From the NCBI GenBank assembly GCA_964016885.1, contig OZ024750.1, forward strand, positions 3,410,001-3,474,000: DNA of 64,000 bases. The letters run 5' to 3'. Shown in pieces: positions 24,303-37,483 of the stretch. The translations under genes were made by a program, and so were the position numbers. Under the pieces are notes generated by a model. The model was not told where the DNA came from, ran no database searches, and saw only the letters and a program-made list of their open reading frames with translations. Source of the DNA: Eledone cirrhosa. Lineage: Eukaryota. Every line of letters begins with the position of its first letter. Positions within the stretch are counted from its first letter, which is position 1.

Positions 24303-24465
24303 AGATCTGAAAAGGTTATCATCTCATCAAATTATATGACTATCTTTTGTAATCGACTTAATATCTTTGTTTTTTACTAAAAAATAAATATAATATACCA
24401 AAATATTTATTAGATTTTTTTTAGTAAGTCTTCCATACATCTTTCTTTTTTTTTTCTTATACTGC

Positions 24466-24702
24466 TTAACCCTTTCATTACCATATTTCTAATTAAATAC
24501 ACTCCATTTCAATTAATTAGTAAAGAATTTTAAGGAATTAACTAAAATTATTTATTTCATTACTAAGATAGTAACTTAATGTTAGGTTTTTATATAAAAT
24601 TATGTTGGAAGATTTTAATTCAAATTGGAAACCTTTAAAATGGGTGGCTTTATTTTAGAGAACCAAAACTGGTTTTGGCTGGATTGCTAAGAAACGGTTT
24701 AA
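24466..24702. mobile_element. TTAA MITE family 2 (older)
   Basis: ttaaccctttcattaccatatttct end shared with 44882, 49136-49161 (inverted) and 55648. Confidence 0.6.
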
Positions 24703-25987
24703 ATGTTATCTCAGCTCATAAGAAAATTTAAGTTATGAAAAACATTGGTTTATTTTTGAGTAGTAACAAGTATACATCATGGGATGTTGTGACATTCATG
24801 CCATGTCTTTCCAAATGGAATTATCAAGATAAAATGAAGTAAAATTATTTTAGCTCAACATCAAAACTAGATTGTGCTTTATAATGCACAATTTTATCTG
24901 AAATTATAAAGAAATAAAGTTGAAGTTGCATTGGTTCAAAAGTGAACATTGAATGATAAATAGAGTAAATTGGATGAAGTTTTGGAGACAACCAAAGAAA
25001 GTTTTGAAAATCATATGTAAAAATAAAAAATATAGTTTGTGACATTAGATCTTTTTTAAATCATTTCTCAGCATTTTATTTTCTAAATTATATTATTTGA
25101 TGTCAACTTCAGAAGGTCAAATCAGCAACTTTATTATATTTTGTTCTGTATGAGTCTACTAACCTCCTTAGAAGTTATTTGTTAAATATTATTATTATTA
25201 TTATTTGCTCTCCTTTTATACTTGTTGATGATATTTTTATTTCTTTCATTTGTTTGTTTTCTTTTGTATTTTTTTTTCTTCTTTTGAAATATTTTCTGTG
25301 TTGGACATGGTGGTTTAAACTTTCAAATCAGGAATCATATTAATGGAGGAACTAGTATTTATTTATCTATTTCATATTGACATTCTCAACATGAAAGCAA
25401 AAATTGTTTTAGGAAAATTTATTTTTATATTCTTTGTATTGCGACTTACTGCAATTTCAGAGATTTGCATATTAATGAAAAGCTTTCTGAACCAAAATAA
25501 TATAGAATATAATAAAAAGTTCTTCTTCATGAAATATTGAGACATAAAATAATAATTAAAAAATATCAGTCTTTACAAAATATGATTAATGTTTTGAATT
25601 TAAAATTTTCTTTTGTTCATTGATGCAAAAAATTGCCTTATTGATCAAAATATTTCAATAAGATTTGTACAATACAATACTAACAACAACAGGGTGGAAC
25701 GAATCTTCTGTAAATATGTAAGGAATACTAATAATTAATGTTTGTTTGGGGCATATTTAACCCTTTTCATAACATCACGATTACAAAACATTCCAGTTAT
25801 ATAGGTTTAACACTTTTGATATTAAACTGCCTGAAATCATTCTTGATTCTATGACATAAAGCAGTTTATATTTGAAGCGTTTTATATTTATCTAAAGACT
25901 TTCCATCATAATTTTATGAAAGGATGTTGGCAATGTTATGCTCCAAACTGCAGTTTCATAATTATTTCTAACAATTATTTCTAACAT

Positions 25988-26108
25988 CCGGAAGGATGAA
26001 AGGCAAAGTTAACCTCGGCAGGATTTGAACTCAGATCATAAAGGGCCGTAACTCTATGCTGCAAAGAATGGCGTCTGATCCTCTACCGATACTGCCAATC
26101 TACCGCCC
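25988..26108 (-). mobile_element. SINE family B, 5' half
   Basis: ggatgaaaggcaaagttaacctcggcaggatttgaactc...ctctaccgatactgccaatctaccgccct. Confidence 0.82.
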
Positions 26109-26619
26109 TCAATCCACCAAAAATAATAACAGTAATACTAAACATTCAAAAATCAATTCCACTTTCCAACACAATTATTGTGATAATATTATTTGCATTC
26201 TTACACATTCTAAGAAATTCCTTACATAGTTATAATTTCCAATTCCAACCATTTCCTGCATATTATTAATATCCTTAATATTTCAGCACCTCAACTCTAC
26301 TCAACAGAACATTAACAAATCTATATCCATGTAGGAAATCATTTATTCTTTCTATTGTTAGACAAGCAGGAAATATATCCAATTTCAAAAAAGAAATTAT
26401 TATTGTGATATGATTTGAATCGTAGCTGGTACTTAACTATATAAATCTCATCTACATCAGTTCTTATCAGCAGATCTCATTTCTACTTAAGATATACACC
26501 AGAAAATAATAATTACGTCTGGAGATGTCTTCCAACTCAGAGTGCTACAGCAAAACTAGAATTTTGACAGCTTCATAAAACTAGGATATTAAAATACTTA
26601 GACTTTCTATATATATATA

Positions 26620-26826
26620 TCATCATTTCATTTTACGTCCGCTTTTCCCTGCTTGCAAGGGTGGGACGGGAACTGATTCTGGCTTGATTTCTACTGCTGG
26701 ATGCCCTCCTAACACCAACCTCATTTACAGTGAGTGCTGGGTGCTTTTTTGCCGTGGCACCTCCACGACCACTTTGCAGTGGAATGATATGGACCCCAGT
26801 CCCTATCATCTCATTTCTACAGCTGA
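26620..26826 (-). mobile_element. CORE-SINE family A, 5'-truncated
   Basis: Matches the tail half of 3416-3760. Confidence 0.85.
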
Positions 26827-26842
26827 AATATATATATATAGC

Positions 26843-26890
<48 letters not shown>

Positions 26891-26968
26891 ATAATAATAA
26901 TAATGTAGTTTCAGTAGATCCCATTAAGGGTGAAAGCAGCAATTCTTTGCTTAAACTTTAATCTGCTA

Positions 26969-27009
<41 letters not shown>

Positions 27010-27094
27010 GTTAAAACAGAAAACAAAAACAAAGCTAAGAGAGCAGTACAAAGTGTTAGTATTAGGTTCACACTGGAGAGTATGTATACATATA

Positions 27095-27330
27095 TCATCA
27101 TCATGATCATCGTTTAACGTCCATTTTCCACGCTAGCATGGGTCTGGACGGTAATTGTCCCACTTGAGGCAAGATTGGTTGTCTTGCTCAGGACTGTCTG
27201 GCAGGTTTTCTACGGCTGGATGCCCTTCCTAACACCAACCACGTTTACAGTGTGGGGCTGGGAGGTTTTTACCGTGTTACCTACACGGCCACATTACAGC
27301 GTGGACTGTGTGTTTTTTTGCCGTGACACC
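27095..27330 (-). mobile_element. RTE LINE 3' UTR fragment
   Basis: Highly similar to 55810-56060. Confidence 0.85.
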
Positions 27331-27338
27331 TATATATA

Positions 27339-27705
<367 letters not shown>

Positions 27706-28084
27706 TATATATATGAATTTCACCAAATATCTATTTCTATGTACACATGTGTGTGTGTGTGTATATATATATTCTTTTGTTTATAGAGACTTTAGTCTTT
27801 TGTCAGTTTGGGTTTTAGATTTGACAAGTAACAATGCTTCATAAGTCAGAACTTCAGTAAATAGGTTCACCCCATTTAGAGCGAATTATTTGACAGTTCA
27901 TAATTGCCATGTTAGATAATGTCTACAAAAATGTTCTGAATTGTCATGGCCAATTGCTCTATTTAGTGTCATATCATATATACACTTCTTGTGTGTGTAT
28001 GTGTTCTCTATGTATGTATGTATGTACATATATTTGTGTATGTGTAAATGTACATGTATATGTTGACTGATGGTGATAATGTAT

Positions 28085-28176
28085 ATAGATAGATCTCTTC
28101 ATATATATATATGTATGTAAGTGTATGTGTGCCTATATGATGATGGTGATAATGTTTATATATATATGTAGATCTC

Positions 28177-28235
<59 letters not shown>

Positions 28236-28361
28236 AGATTGCTTCATATCTATTTATGTATGTGCTTATAGATAGATCTCTTCATATATATATATATATG
28301 TAAGTGTATGTGTGCCTATATGATGATGGTGATAATGTTTCTATATATATATGTAGATCTC

Positions 28362-28418
<57 letters not shown>

Positions 28419-28725
28419 AGATTGCTTCATATCTATTTATGTATGTGCTTATAGACAGATCTCTTCATATCTATGTATGTATATATAGCTATATCTCTTC
28501 ATATGTATGTATATATAGCTATATCTCTTCATATGTATGTATATATAGCTATATCTCTTCATATGTATGTATATATAGCTATATCTCTTCATATGTATGT
28601 ATATATAGCTATATCTCTTCACATGTATGTATATATAGATATATCTCTTCACATGTATGTATATATAGATATATCTCTTCACATGTATGAATATATAGCT
28701 ATATCTCTTCACATGTATGTATATA
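28085..28725. repeat. About 183-bp duplication followed by a 30-bp minisatellite (about 8 units)
   Basis: Unit atatatagctatatctcttcatatgtatgt from about 28470; the upstream block 28085-28267 is repeated at 28268-28450. Confidence 0.88.
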
Positions 28726-29051
28726 TGTGTAATAATATGTCTGTGCGTCTATCAACTCATATCTTTCCATAATAACAGAGCTCTGATTACCCCAAATTAT
28801 TAGCTCTAAATTCACCAAACATTCTAATTTTTTCTAAAATGTATTTCCTCTCCCCTATATTCCTAAAGTTATCCATCAAAATCTGTTTTCTGCTCATTTA
28901 TCTTTCGAGAGGAAAAGATGTTATATATTGTTGTTACTGTTTGTTTGAAATGTATCTGATACTGAACGGCTAATTATCATTGTTTTATTTGGAAAGAAAA
29001 TGTTTCTGCTGTCATTTTGGTAATATACCTTCCTACATACCTACCTATCCT

Positions 29052-29101
<50 letters not shown>

Positions 29102-29504
29102 GTATGCATGTGTGTGTATATATATATATATATACATGCACGTATATGTATGTGTGTATATGTTGTATGTATATATATTTATATATATATATATACACAT
29201 ACATACTTGTATATTCAGATACACACAGCAAGAGAAAGAGAGAGAAATATATATATATATATATATATATATATCCTTTATGTGTGTGTGTGTGTGTGTG
29301 TGTGTGTCTGTGTGTGTGTGTGTTTTAAGTTACATGTAACAACTATATGCACCCGTACATAGTCCAACCCACACAAGCAAGGCAAATGGGGCATAAAAAG
29401 ATGGTGATGATAAAGATGATGATGATGACACATACAAACACCCATGCACATATATACATACATTGTCCGACCCATACGAGCATGAGAGAGGGGTATTAAA
29501 AAGA

Positions 29505-29682
29505 AGATGATGATGATGATGATAATGTTGATGATGATGATGATAATGTTGATAATGTTGGTGGTGATAATGTTGATGGTAATAATGTTGATGATGATGA
29601 TGTTGGTAATAATGTTGATGGTGATAATGATGATGATGATAATGTTGATGATAATGTTGATGGTGATAATGATGATGATGAT
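29505..29682. repeat. (GAT/AAT/GTT)n microsatellite
   Basis: Direct reading. Confidence 0.9.
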
Positions 29683-29745
29683 AGATACATACATACCCAT
29701 ATACATACATACATAGTGATCACCTACTGATATATATATACAAAC

Positions 29746-29790
<45 letters not shown>

Positions 29791-32590
29791 AACAAACAGA
29801 AATTCTCTACTAATAGTGGCAACAAAAACCAAAATAATAATAATAATAATAATAATCAAATCTAATCTTGTCTGATAGAGTTGAAGGTGTTTAGTAGCTG
29901 ACAGACTGGCTGATGAGTAGAGCTGGGAATAAAAGAGGAAGAAACATTCTCAACAATGTCTGCCAGTTCTCCCAGACTTGGACAAGGATCAACCTAAGCT
30001 TCGATGCACTTTACTCACTCATGTTCCATTTTTGATTTTTACTCATCTTAATGACTGACATACAACTCTTTGGTTTTCTGTCACACTATATCTCCTCCTA
30101 TCTATCTATCTATCTATCTAATTACCCCACTATCTATCTACCCCCACTCTATCTATCTTGCCCTCTTTATCTATTTATCTATCTATCTACTCCTCTCTAC
30201 TTGTCAAATCTTAACCCCACTCTATCTCCCACTTTTTATCCATCTATCCCACTGTCTATCTCTCATTCTCTATTTATCTGCTTTTGCCAGTCTACCTACC
30301 TATCTATCTATCTGTGTCTATCTATGTCTGCCTCTCTCTCTCTCACACACACACACACATATACACACCCACACATATACACAGTTTTCTTGATGCGGTA
30401 GATTACTACACATTTTATCAATACCATCAGTTGACCCAATTACATTGTCATAACATGATTACAATCCTAATCACCCAGTCACTACCCTACAATTACAATT
30501 ACACACACAAAAAAAAACAAAATAAACATCATCTGTTATTAGTATGATTGTCATTAACAAATGTAAATTGTTTTTCCTTATTTTTTTATCCAGACCCAAT
30601 CTGGTTGAGTCAGATGGTTGAATCAATTCCCTGACATGTTACTAATATGTCCAAAGTCTACTGTTTTGTGTTTCAAAGTCCTGCTTTGATTTTACTTCTC
30701 ATTTCTGTTCAATCAATAAAATAAATACCAGATTAACACAAAAGAATCTGAGCAAATCAGCTTCAAATTTACAATGGATTTGGGTTTAACCAATATTTTC
30801 TGTCTGAAGTCAACGTGAAAGTAGACCTAACATGGTAGATTGAATATTTTTTCTACTGTAGAAGTTTATTTGGTTTCTTCTCTTGTATTCTTGTATTTGA
30901 ATCGTCAAGAACAGTTTATGTATGTAAGGTGGGAATCTGCAACAGATCATTCTTTTAGTTAAAAGAACCTATATAATGGACGAAAGACCTCGAATTGGTA
31001 GAGTCATTAGAATGTTGGATAGAATACTTTGTGGTATTGTTTCAGCTCTCAGTTCCCGGAGTTCAAATCCTACTGACATCAACTTTGCCTTTCATCCATT
31101 TAAAGTCGATAAAAAAAGTACCAATCGAGTAACATTACTGCAAAGACCCCTTAGAGGAACCCCATTTCAGCCGCTTGTATTCACAATCGTCATTACCCAA
31201 GATTCATGACCATAGAAGTATCTTCTTAGATGTAGCTTACTTCTTAATTTCTCATTTCCTTTGATTCTATGGAAGGCCTCAAAAAGGCTCCCATGATGTG
31301 TATGGAATCTGTCATGGGGCTCACATGGCTAACTCCAGCTTTAGCAGTGAAAATAACTATAAAATGTTGGTTGTGTATATAAGGACCACAACTAAGTATT
31401 TTTATGCTTCATCACTTGTGAATATTTTAAAATTTAATCTCATAACAACCCAGACAGAAACATGAGCATGCTATCTTCTGAAATAGATTCTTATAGATAT
31501 GTGTATACCATTATGTACCTGCATTGTGTATTTCTGAGTATGGCTTTGTATTTATAGAGAGAGAGGTTTATCATCATCATCATCACTATCATCAGCATTT
31601 AACATCTATTTTCCATGTTTGTTTGTTTGCATGAAAACTTATGTGTGATACTTAAAAATAATACATGTTAAATAATACATGTTAAATAATACATATGTCC
31701 TATAATTTGATTTAAAGATTTGAGATAATGAGATATCATTGAGAGATCTCTTTATAGTAGGGTAATTTAGTTTTTCTGCTTAGTTGGTCATATGAAATTA
31801 ACTACTCATCTTATCTATTCAGAAGAGCAAACAATTTATTTTTCAGCCATATTTCTTTTTATCCTCGTTTTTGTTTCCTTTTGTTTACCTTTGCAAAAAA
31901 ATCTAATCCTGTATTCTTTCATTTTTTATTTCAAAGAAAAATACTTTAGAAAATATGTTATTGTACAATATAATCTCAATAAACCTTCACATAAATCAAA
32001 TATGCCAACTTATGTATCTAGTATAAAATTTCCCTTGTGGATACAAGATTTTTAGAAATATCCATCAAATTATGTAATCGCAATACTAATTATGCATGTA
32101 TCTTTCAAGATAAGTGAGATCCAGTTACTTTTAATGCTATGTTTTTTTGTCTGTCTTTTTGGCAAAAAAAGAACATGCTTTTAGTAGTTTCATTTTCCTT
32201 GAGAAGAAGATCTTGTCTGTTTCAAGAAATTACACTAAAAAAAAAAATATCTAATTCTCCATGGAATTTGTAGCTGAGAAATATTTTACAGCTTACATAT
32301 ATATAAACATGTACATTTATTTGGTTTCTATTTTAAATAATTACTGTTATTTTTCTGCTGAGATTTTCATGTCTGCAGATTAATGCCCCACTGAGAAAGA
32401 AAGTAAGATATATTCATGAAAGCAAGACATTACTATTTCAACATTGAAAAGGATTTAATTTCTCTCTCTTGATATTAATTTGTGCTTCAAGTTAATCATG
32501 GCAGCATTAAGTGAACTATATCATATTTGTTTACAGACAGCTGAGGTGTCTGTAATATATATATATGCAATGAATTCATTACATTATTTA

Positions 32591-32772
32591 TTGGCAGAAC
32601 CGGTAGAGTGTTGAACGCCATGCTTTGCAGCATAGAGTTACGGTCCTTTAGTCTGAGTTCAAATCCCGCCAAGGTTAACTTTGCCTTTCATCCTTACAGG
32701 GTCGATAAAATAAAGTACCAGTAATGCACTGGGGTAATTGCTGGCCTTGTGTCTATATAAGAAACCATTATT
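32591..32772 (+). mobile_element. SINE family B
   Basis: ttggcagaaccggtagag...gagttcaaatcccgcc...aaagtaccagtaatgc. Confidence 0.85.
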
Positions 32773-33299
32773 TATATTAGAACATTTCAAAGAATTCAAA
32801 GAATGCCATAAAACACATATTCTAAATTACAACATTGACGTATGGTATGCTACATACCTTTCGATTAATTATTTGTTCAGAATATTGATTTCTTTTAATT
32901 AGACATACATCGAGCTTTAAAGAAGTGATATACTTGATTAAAAGCTCTTCAGGTTATGTAAAGTAGAGCTAAAACTAGGAATATTTGGGGCGTACCTAAT
33001 TTCTGTTTCCATCTTTCTACTCTACATTTTATTGCTTGAATCTATTTCAGAAGATATCATGCATTGATTGATGTCATGGTAACTTCTGTGTGCCGAGAGA
33101 TGAGTTTTTTTAATGGAAGAATCAACTGAAGATTTCAAAAAGAAATTCAAATTTTAGAATTGGGAATTTGAGTTGAAGATCAAAATGCCAAATAGCCAAA
33201 ATTAAGTTACTAATTATTAGCAGGAACCATAAAAGACTCACAATTTCAGTGAAGAATCTTTAATCTGTAGGTACAAGTGGACAAGAATTTCATGTATAA

Positions 33300-33552
33300 C
33301 ATCATCATTTTAACATCCTCTTTCCCTACTAGCAAGGGTTGGATGGGTCTACATAGACCAAGTCAGTACTGAAGCGAGGCTACTGATTCCCAGACAGCCC
33401 AGGGATGAGTGTCTCGCTTTTGTATGGTCTCACATTCTACCTAGTGCCACAGGAGAGGTTGTCATGTCTGACACAACTAAAGAGTCCTCACAACCCCTTG
33501 GTTTAGCAAGCTTTCTATGACTGGATGCCCTTCCTATCACCAACCACTTTAC
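33300..33552 (-). mobile_element. RTE-type 3' end fragment (distinct subfamily)
   Basis: catagaccaagtcagtactgaagc shared with 48805-48910, plus ctggatgcccttcctatcaccaacc. Confidence 0.65.
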
Positions 33553-34029
33553 AACACATAAAGTCCATTCAATTTATAAGAACACAAACATACAGTAGGA
33601 TTGCTGGTAGACTAACAAGAAAGGAAACATTTAAGTCACCAGATACCATAGATATCATCGTCATCATCATATAACAACATAAACAGTTATAGACTTCATA
33701 GATGGTTTACTGAATACATTCGACAGTTTGTATTACACCCATATCATAATTTAATGCTGGAGATAGATCTTGTGACAAAAGGATTAAGAACATCTATTTC
33801 TGAAGGCAATAAAGGTTTTCACTTCCAGTAAAAGAAACAGATTGCTGCTGCTACTACTACTACTGCTGCTGCTACTACTACTGCTGCTGCTGCTGCCACT
33901 GCATGACAGCATAAGAGGAACACACTGATATAGAAGACAGAATACAGAAAGTGTATATTGTTTATGCAATGTAAACTGAGGTTGAGGAGACATTGGTTGT
34001 TGTGAGAAAGAAAGATGACTGAGCTGGTA

Positions 34030-34220
34030 TGGACATGTTATGTAAATGTAAGGCAGGAAATTGACAGAGTCGTTAGAACGTTGGATAAGATGCTTTGCTC
34101 TATTCATTCCAACTCTGTGTTCTTTGAGTTCAAATACAGCCAAGGTCAACTTTGCCTTTCCTCCATTCGAGGTTGATAAAAGAAAAAAATGTACCAGTCT
34201 ACTACTGGGGTTGATTCTTC
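34030..34220 (+). mobile_element. SINE family B, diverged
   Basis: gagttcaaatacagccaaggtcaactttgcctttcctcc...gtaccagt. Confidence 0.7.
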
Positions 34221-34617
34221 CTCTGTATCTCCTTCTCATTTCCGTTCTCTCATTCTCTCTATCTTTCTCTGGAAGAATTTGTTGAATTGAAACCATGAGA
34301 AGAGATTGGCTACAAGTTATTTTACTGGTGGTGATGGTGGGTGTCGTGGTGATGGTGGCGGTGGTGGTGGTGGCGGTGGGTACAGTGGTGATGGCGGTGG
34401 TTTGCTGAATAACATATAACTAGGATATTCTTGGTCACCCGTTCAGTTATCTAAAGTAGGTTGGCTTTCAATTGAATTAAATACTTTTCAATGTTCTCAA
34501 TAAAGAAATATATTAAATAAATTCTGTAGAAGAAGAAATCTCTTATCAAATTTTCCCTTATTGTGTAGTTGAGATTGTGAGGAAAACAGCTGAAGAATGG
34601 ATCATTAGAAGCATCTT

Positions 34618-34950
34618 CACCATCACCATCATCATTACCATCATCACCATCACCACCATCACCATCATCACCATCATCATCACCATCATCACCATCACCA
34701 CCATCACCATCACCATTATCACCGCCACCATCATCATTATCATCACCACCACCACCATCATTGTCACCATCATCATCATAATCATTATAATCACCATCAT
34801 CATCATCATCACCAACAGTAGCTGATTCTCTTGTAATAATAACATGTAACAACAGCATGTTTTGTTGTCTTTCTCCACCACCACCACCATTGTTATCACC
34901 ACCATCATTATCATCATCCTTACCACCACCACCACCACCACTACCATCAT
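34618..34950. repeat. (CAT/CAC)n microsatellite
   Basis: Direct reading. Confidence 0.93.
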
Positions 34951-35644
34951 TCTCTTTGTAATAACAACAATATGTAATAACAGCATTTTTCACAGTCTTC
35001 TTTTCCACCCTTCACAGACCCACCACCACCACCACCACCTAAAAAAAAGTTACAGATTTCTACACTGTTAACTTCAAAAAATATATTTATGCTGAAAGCT
35101 GAATCAGAGCCTCACACAGATTTGATATAGATATGTGTAATATCTGCTTCACATTTTTGAAGGCTTTCTACTTTTTGTAACAAATCTCCAATTATTTATA
35201 ATGGGGCCATTAGAATAATAAAAAAAAATCTTCAAAATATCAGATACTAGAGGTGCATGTTAACAGATCATTTGGTGATGCAAAAATGGAAGAATCATGC
35301 ATATTGTATTAATGATTCTATTTTATGACTGTATGTCAGTAAATCCCTCACTTAATGCTTCTTTATCATAACAAAAAAAACCTCACAGTGCTCAGATATT
35401 ATTACTGTTGTTGTTGTTGAAGTCAATGTTGGTGTTTTGTTTTTATTTCGTTTGGGGTTTGTTTGTTTTTTAAACATCTGCCATGTCATATCAGCATGAA
35501 GAAACAGATGTTGTTGATGTTGATGTTCTTGGTGGTGGTTTTATTTTTTTCAATGCTAATATGGGTTGAATGGATCCACAAATACATAATATTTCCCCTG
35601 TGTCCTGATGTAATAGCATGCCATCAGTGAAGTACAACATTCCT

Positions 35645-35834
35645 GAGTCTGATGATCTAAAAGTTCATAAGCTGATTATGAAGTAGTGATACTGGAGCTG
35701 TGAAATCTTGCATGCATTAATTTCAACTCTTCTTATTAATAACTACATTGTTTCTTTCCAGGGACAAACCTCATTTGGTCATTCCATGAGGGTATCTTGG
35801 TCAACCTATGGGACTTTTCAGCTGACCCTCATAT
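35645..35834 (+). mobile_element. Mariner-like MITE
   Basis: Right TIR ggacttttcagctgaccctcaTA is complementary to left-end type gagggttggctgaaagtt (15317); the left end here is degenerate. Confidence 0.6.
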
Positions 35835-36366
35835 AAACAATTCAGTGAAAGCAGCATTACTGTAATATAAAAGGCATCATGTAGTATGTCTTGTGGCCGT
35901 CGGTTTAGTGGTGTTCATGCCTGTCCTGCTAGCTATCAGTATAATCATCCATACTCTCTCAACTTATCTTTACCATATCTACTTTGTTTTCTTCTCAATA
36001 TAAATTGTATATTTACATGTATAGTTCCCTAACTCCTAATGGAGTCGTTGCAGCACCATATTGGCATAGTGTTTATTGGGACAATATGTGGCTATACAGC
36101 TATACAGCTCCCCTGTTGTAAGATTGAAGTAATTAGCTCTTGTTAAGGTGACTGCTTCATTTTCAACATTCCATCACCTGCATGGTCACAGATTATATAT
36201 CAGAACAAGTTACGCTATACCATGATTTGAATACATTCTATATATGTAGGCAGGTGACATTTTATTATTATCAACCAATGTGTTATTTCCTTAATGTCTC
36301 TGGTGTTCATAACCTGAAGAACTAACTTAGTCTTCAACAAAGAAATACATCAAATGTTGAATGATC

Positions 36367-36418
<52 letters not shown>

Positions 36419-36556
36419 GATAAATCTACCAAGAGTTTACGGTAGTGTCCAATCCGTATGAAACTAGAACTGTTTCATTCAAAGGAAATAATCAGGAAGG
36501 GCACTAAGGAGTTATGACCTGTGTGTAAGAAGTTAAGGGCTGGAACACTTGCTTAA

Positions 36557-37483
36557 GAGAGGGTTTCTTCTCTGAAGACCTGCTGTCCAGCTCACCTGAG
36601 AGTTTCTTCTCTGAAGACCTTCTGCTGTCCAGCTCACCTGAGAGTTTCTTCTCTGAAGACCTTCTGCTGTCCAGCTCTCCTGAGAGTTTCTTCTCTGAAG
36701 ACCTTCTGTTGTCCAGCTCTCCTGAGAGTTTCTTCTCTGAAGACCTTCTGCTGTCCAGCTCACCTGAGAGTTTCTTCTCTGAAGACCTTCTGCTGTCCAG
36801 CTCACCTGAGAGTTTCTTCTCTGAAGACCTTCTGTTGTCCAGCTCTCCTGAGAGTTTCTTCTCTGAAGACCTTCTGCTGTCCAGCTCACCTGAGAGTTTC
36901 TTCTCTGAAGACCTTCTGCTGTCCAGCTCACCTGAGAGTTTCTTCTCTGAAGACCTTCTGCTGTCCAGCTCACCTGAGAGTGTCTTCTCTGAAGACCTTC
37001 TGCTGTCCAGCTCACCTGAGAGTTTCTTCTCTGAAGACCTTCTGCTGTCCAGCTCACCTGAGAGTTTCTTCTCTGAAGACCTTCTGCTGTCCAGCTCACC
37101 TGAGAGTTTCTTCTCTGAAGACCTTCTGCTGTCCAGCTCACCTGAGAGTTTCTTCTCTGAAGACCTTCTGCTGTCCAGCTCACCTGAGAGTTTCTTCTCT
37201 GAAGACCTTCTGCTGTCCAGCTCACCTGAGAGTTTCTTCTCTGAAGACCTGTTGTCCAGCTCTCCTGAGAGTTTCTTCTCTGAAGACCTTCTGCTGTCCA
37301 GCTCACCTGAGAGTTTCTTCTCTGAAGACCTTCTGCTCTCCAGCTCACCTGAGAGTTTCTTCTCTGAAGACCTTCTGCTGTCCAGCTCACCTGAGAGTTT
37401 CTTCTCTGAAGACCTTCTGCTGTCCAGCTCACCTGAGAGTTTCTTCTCTGAAGACCTGTTGTCCACCTCTCCTGGGAGTTTCT
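36557..37483. repeat. 42-bp minisatellite, about 22 units
   Basis: Unit gagagtttcttctctgaagaccttctgctgtccagctcacct, with a few 39-bp variants. Confidence 0.97.

Noticed and set aside
29907-29952. CTGATGAG...GAAAC hammerhead candidate
   Set aside because: No stem II pairing and no convincing stem I.
34451-35008. Asp/Gly-rich 185-aa ORF
   Set aside because: Derived from the (CAT/CAC)n microsatellite.
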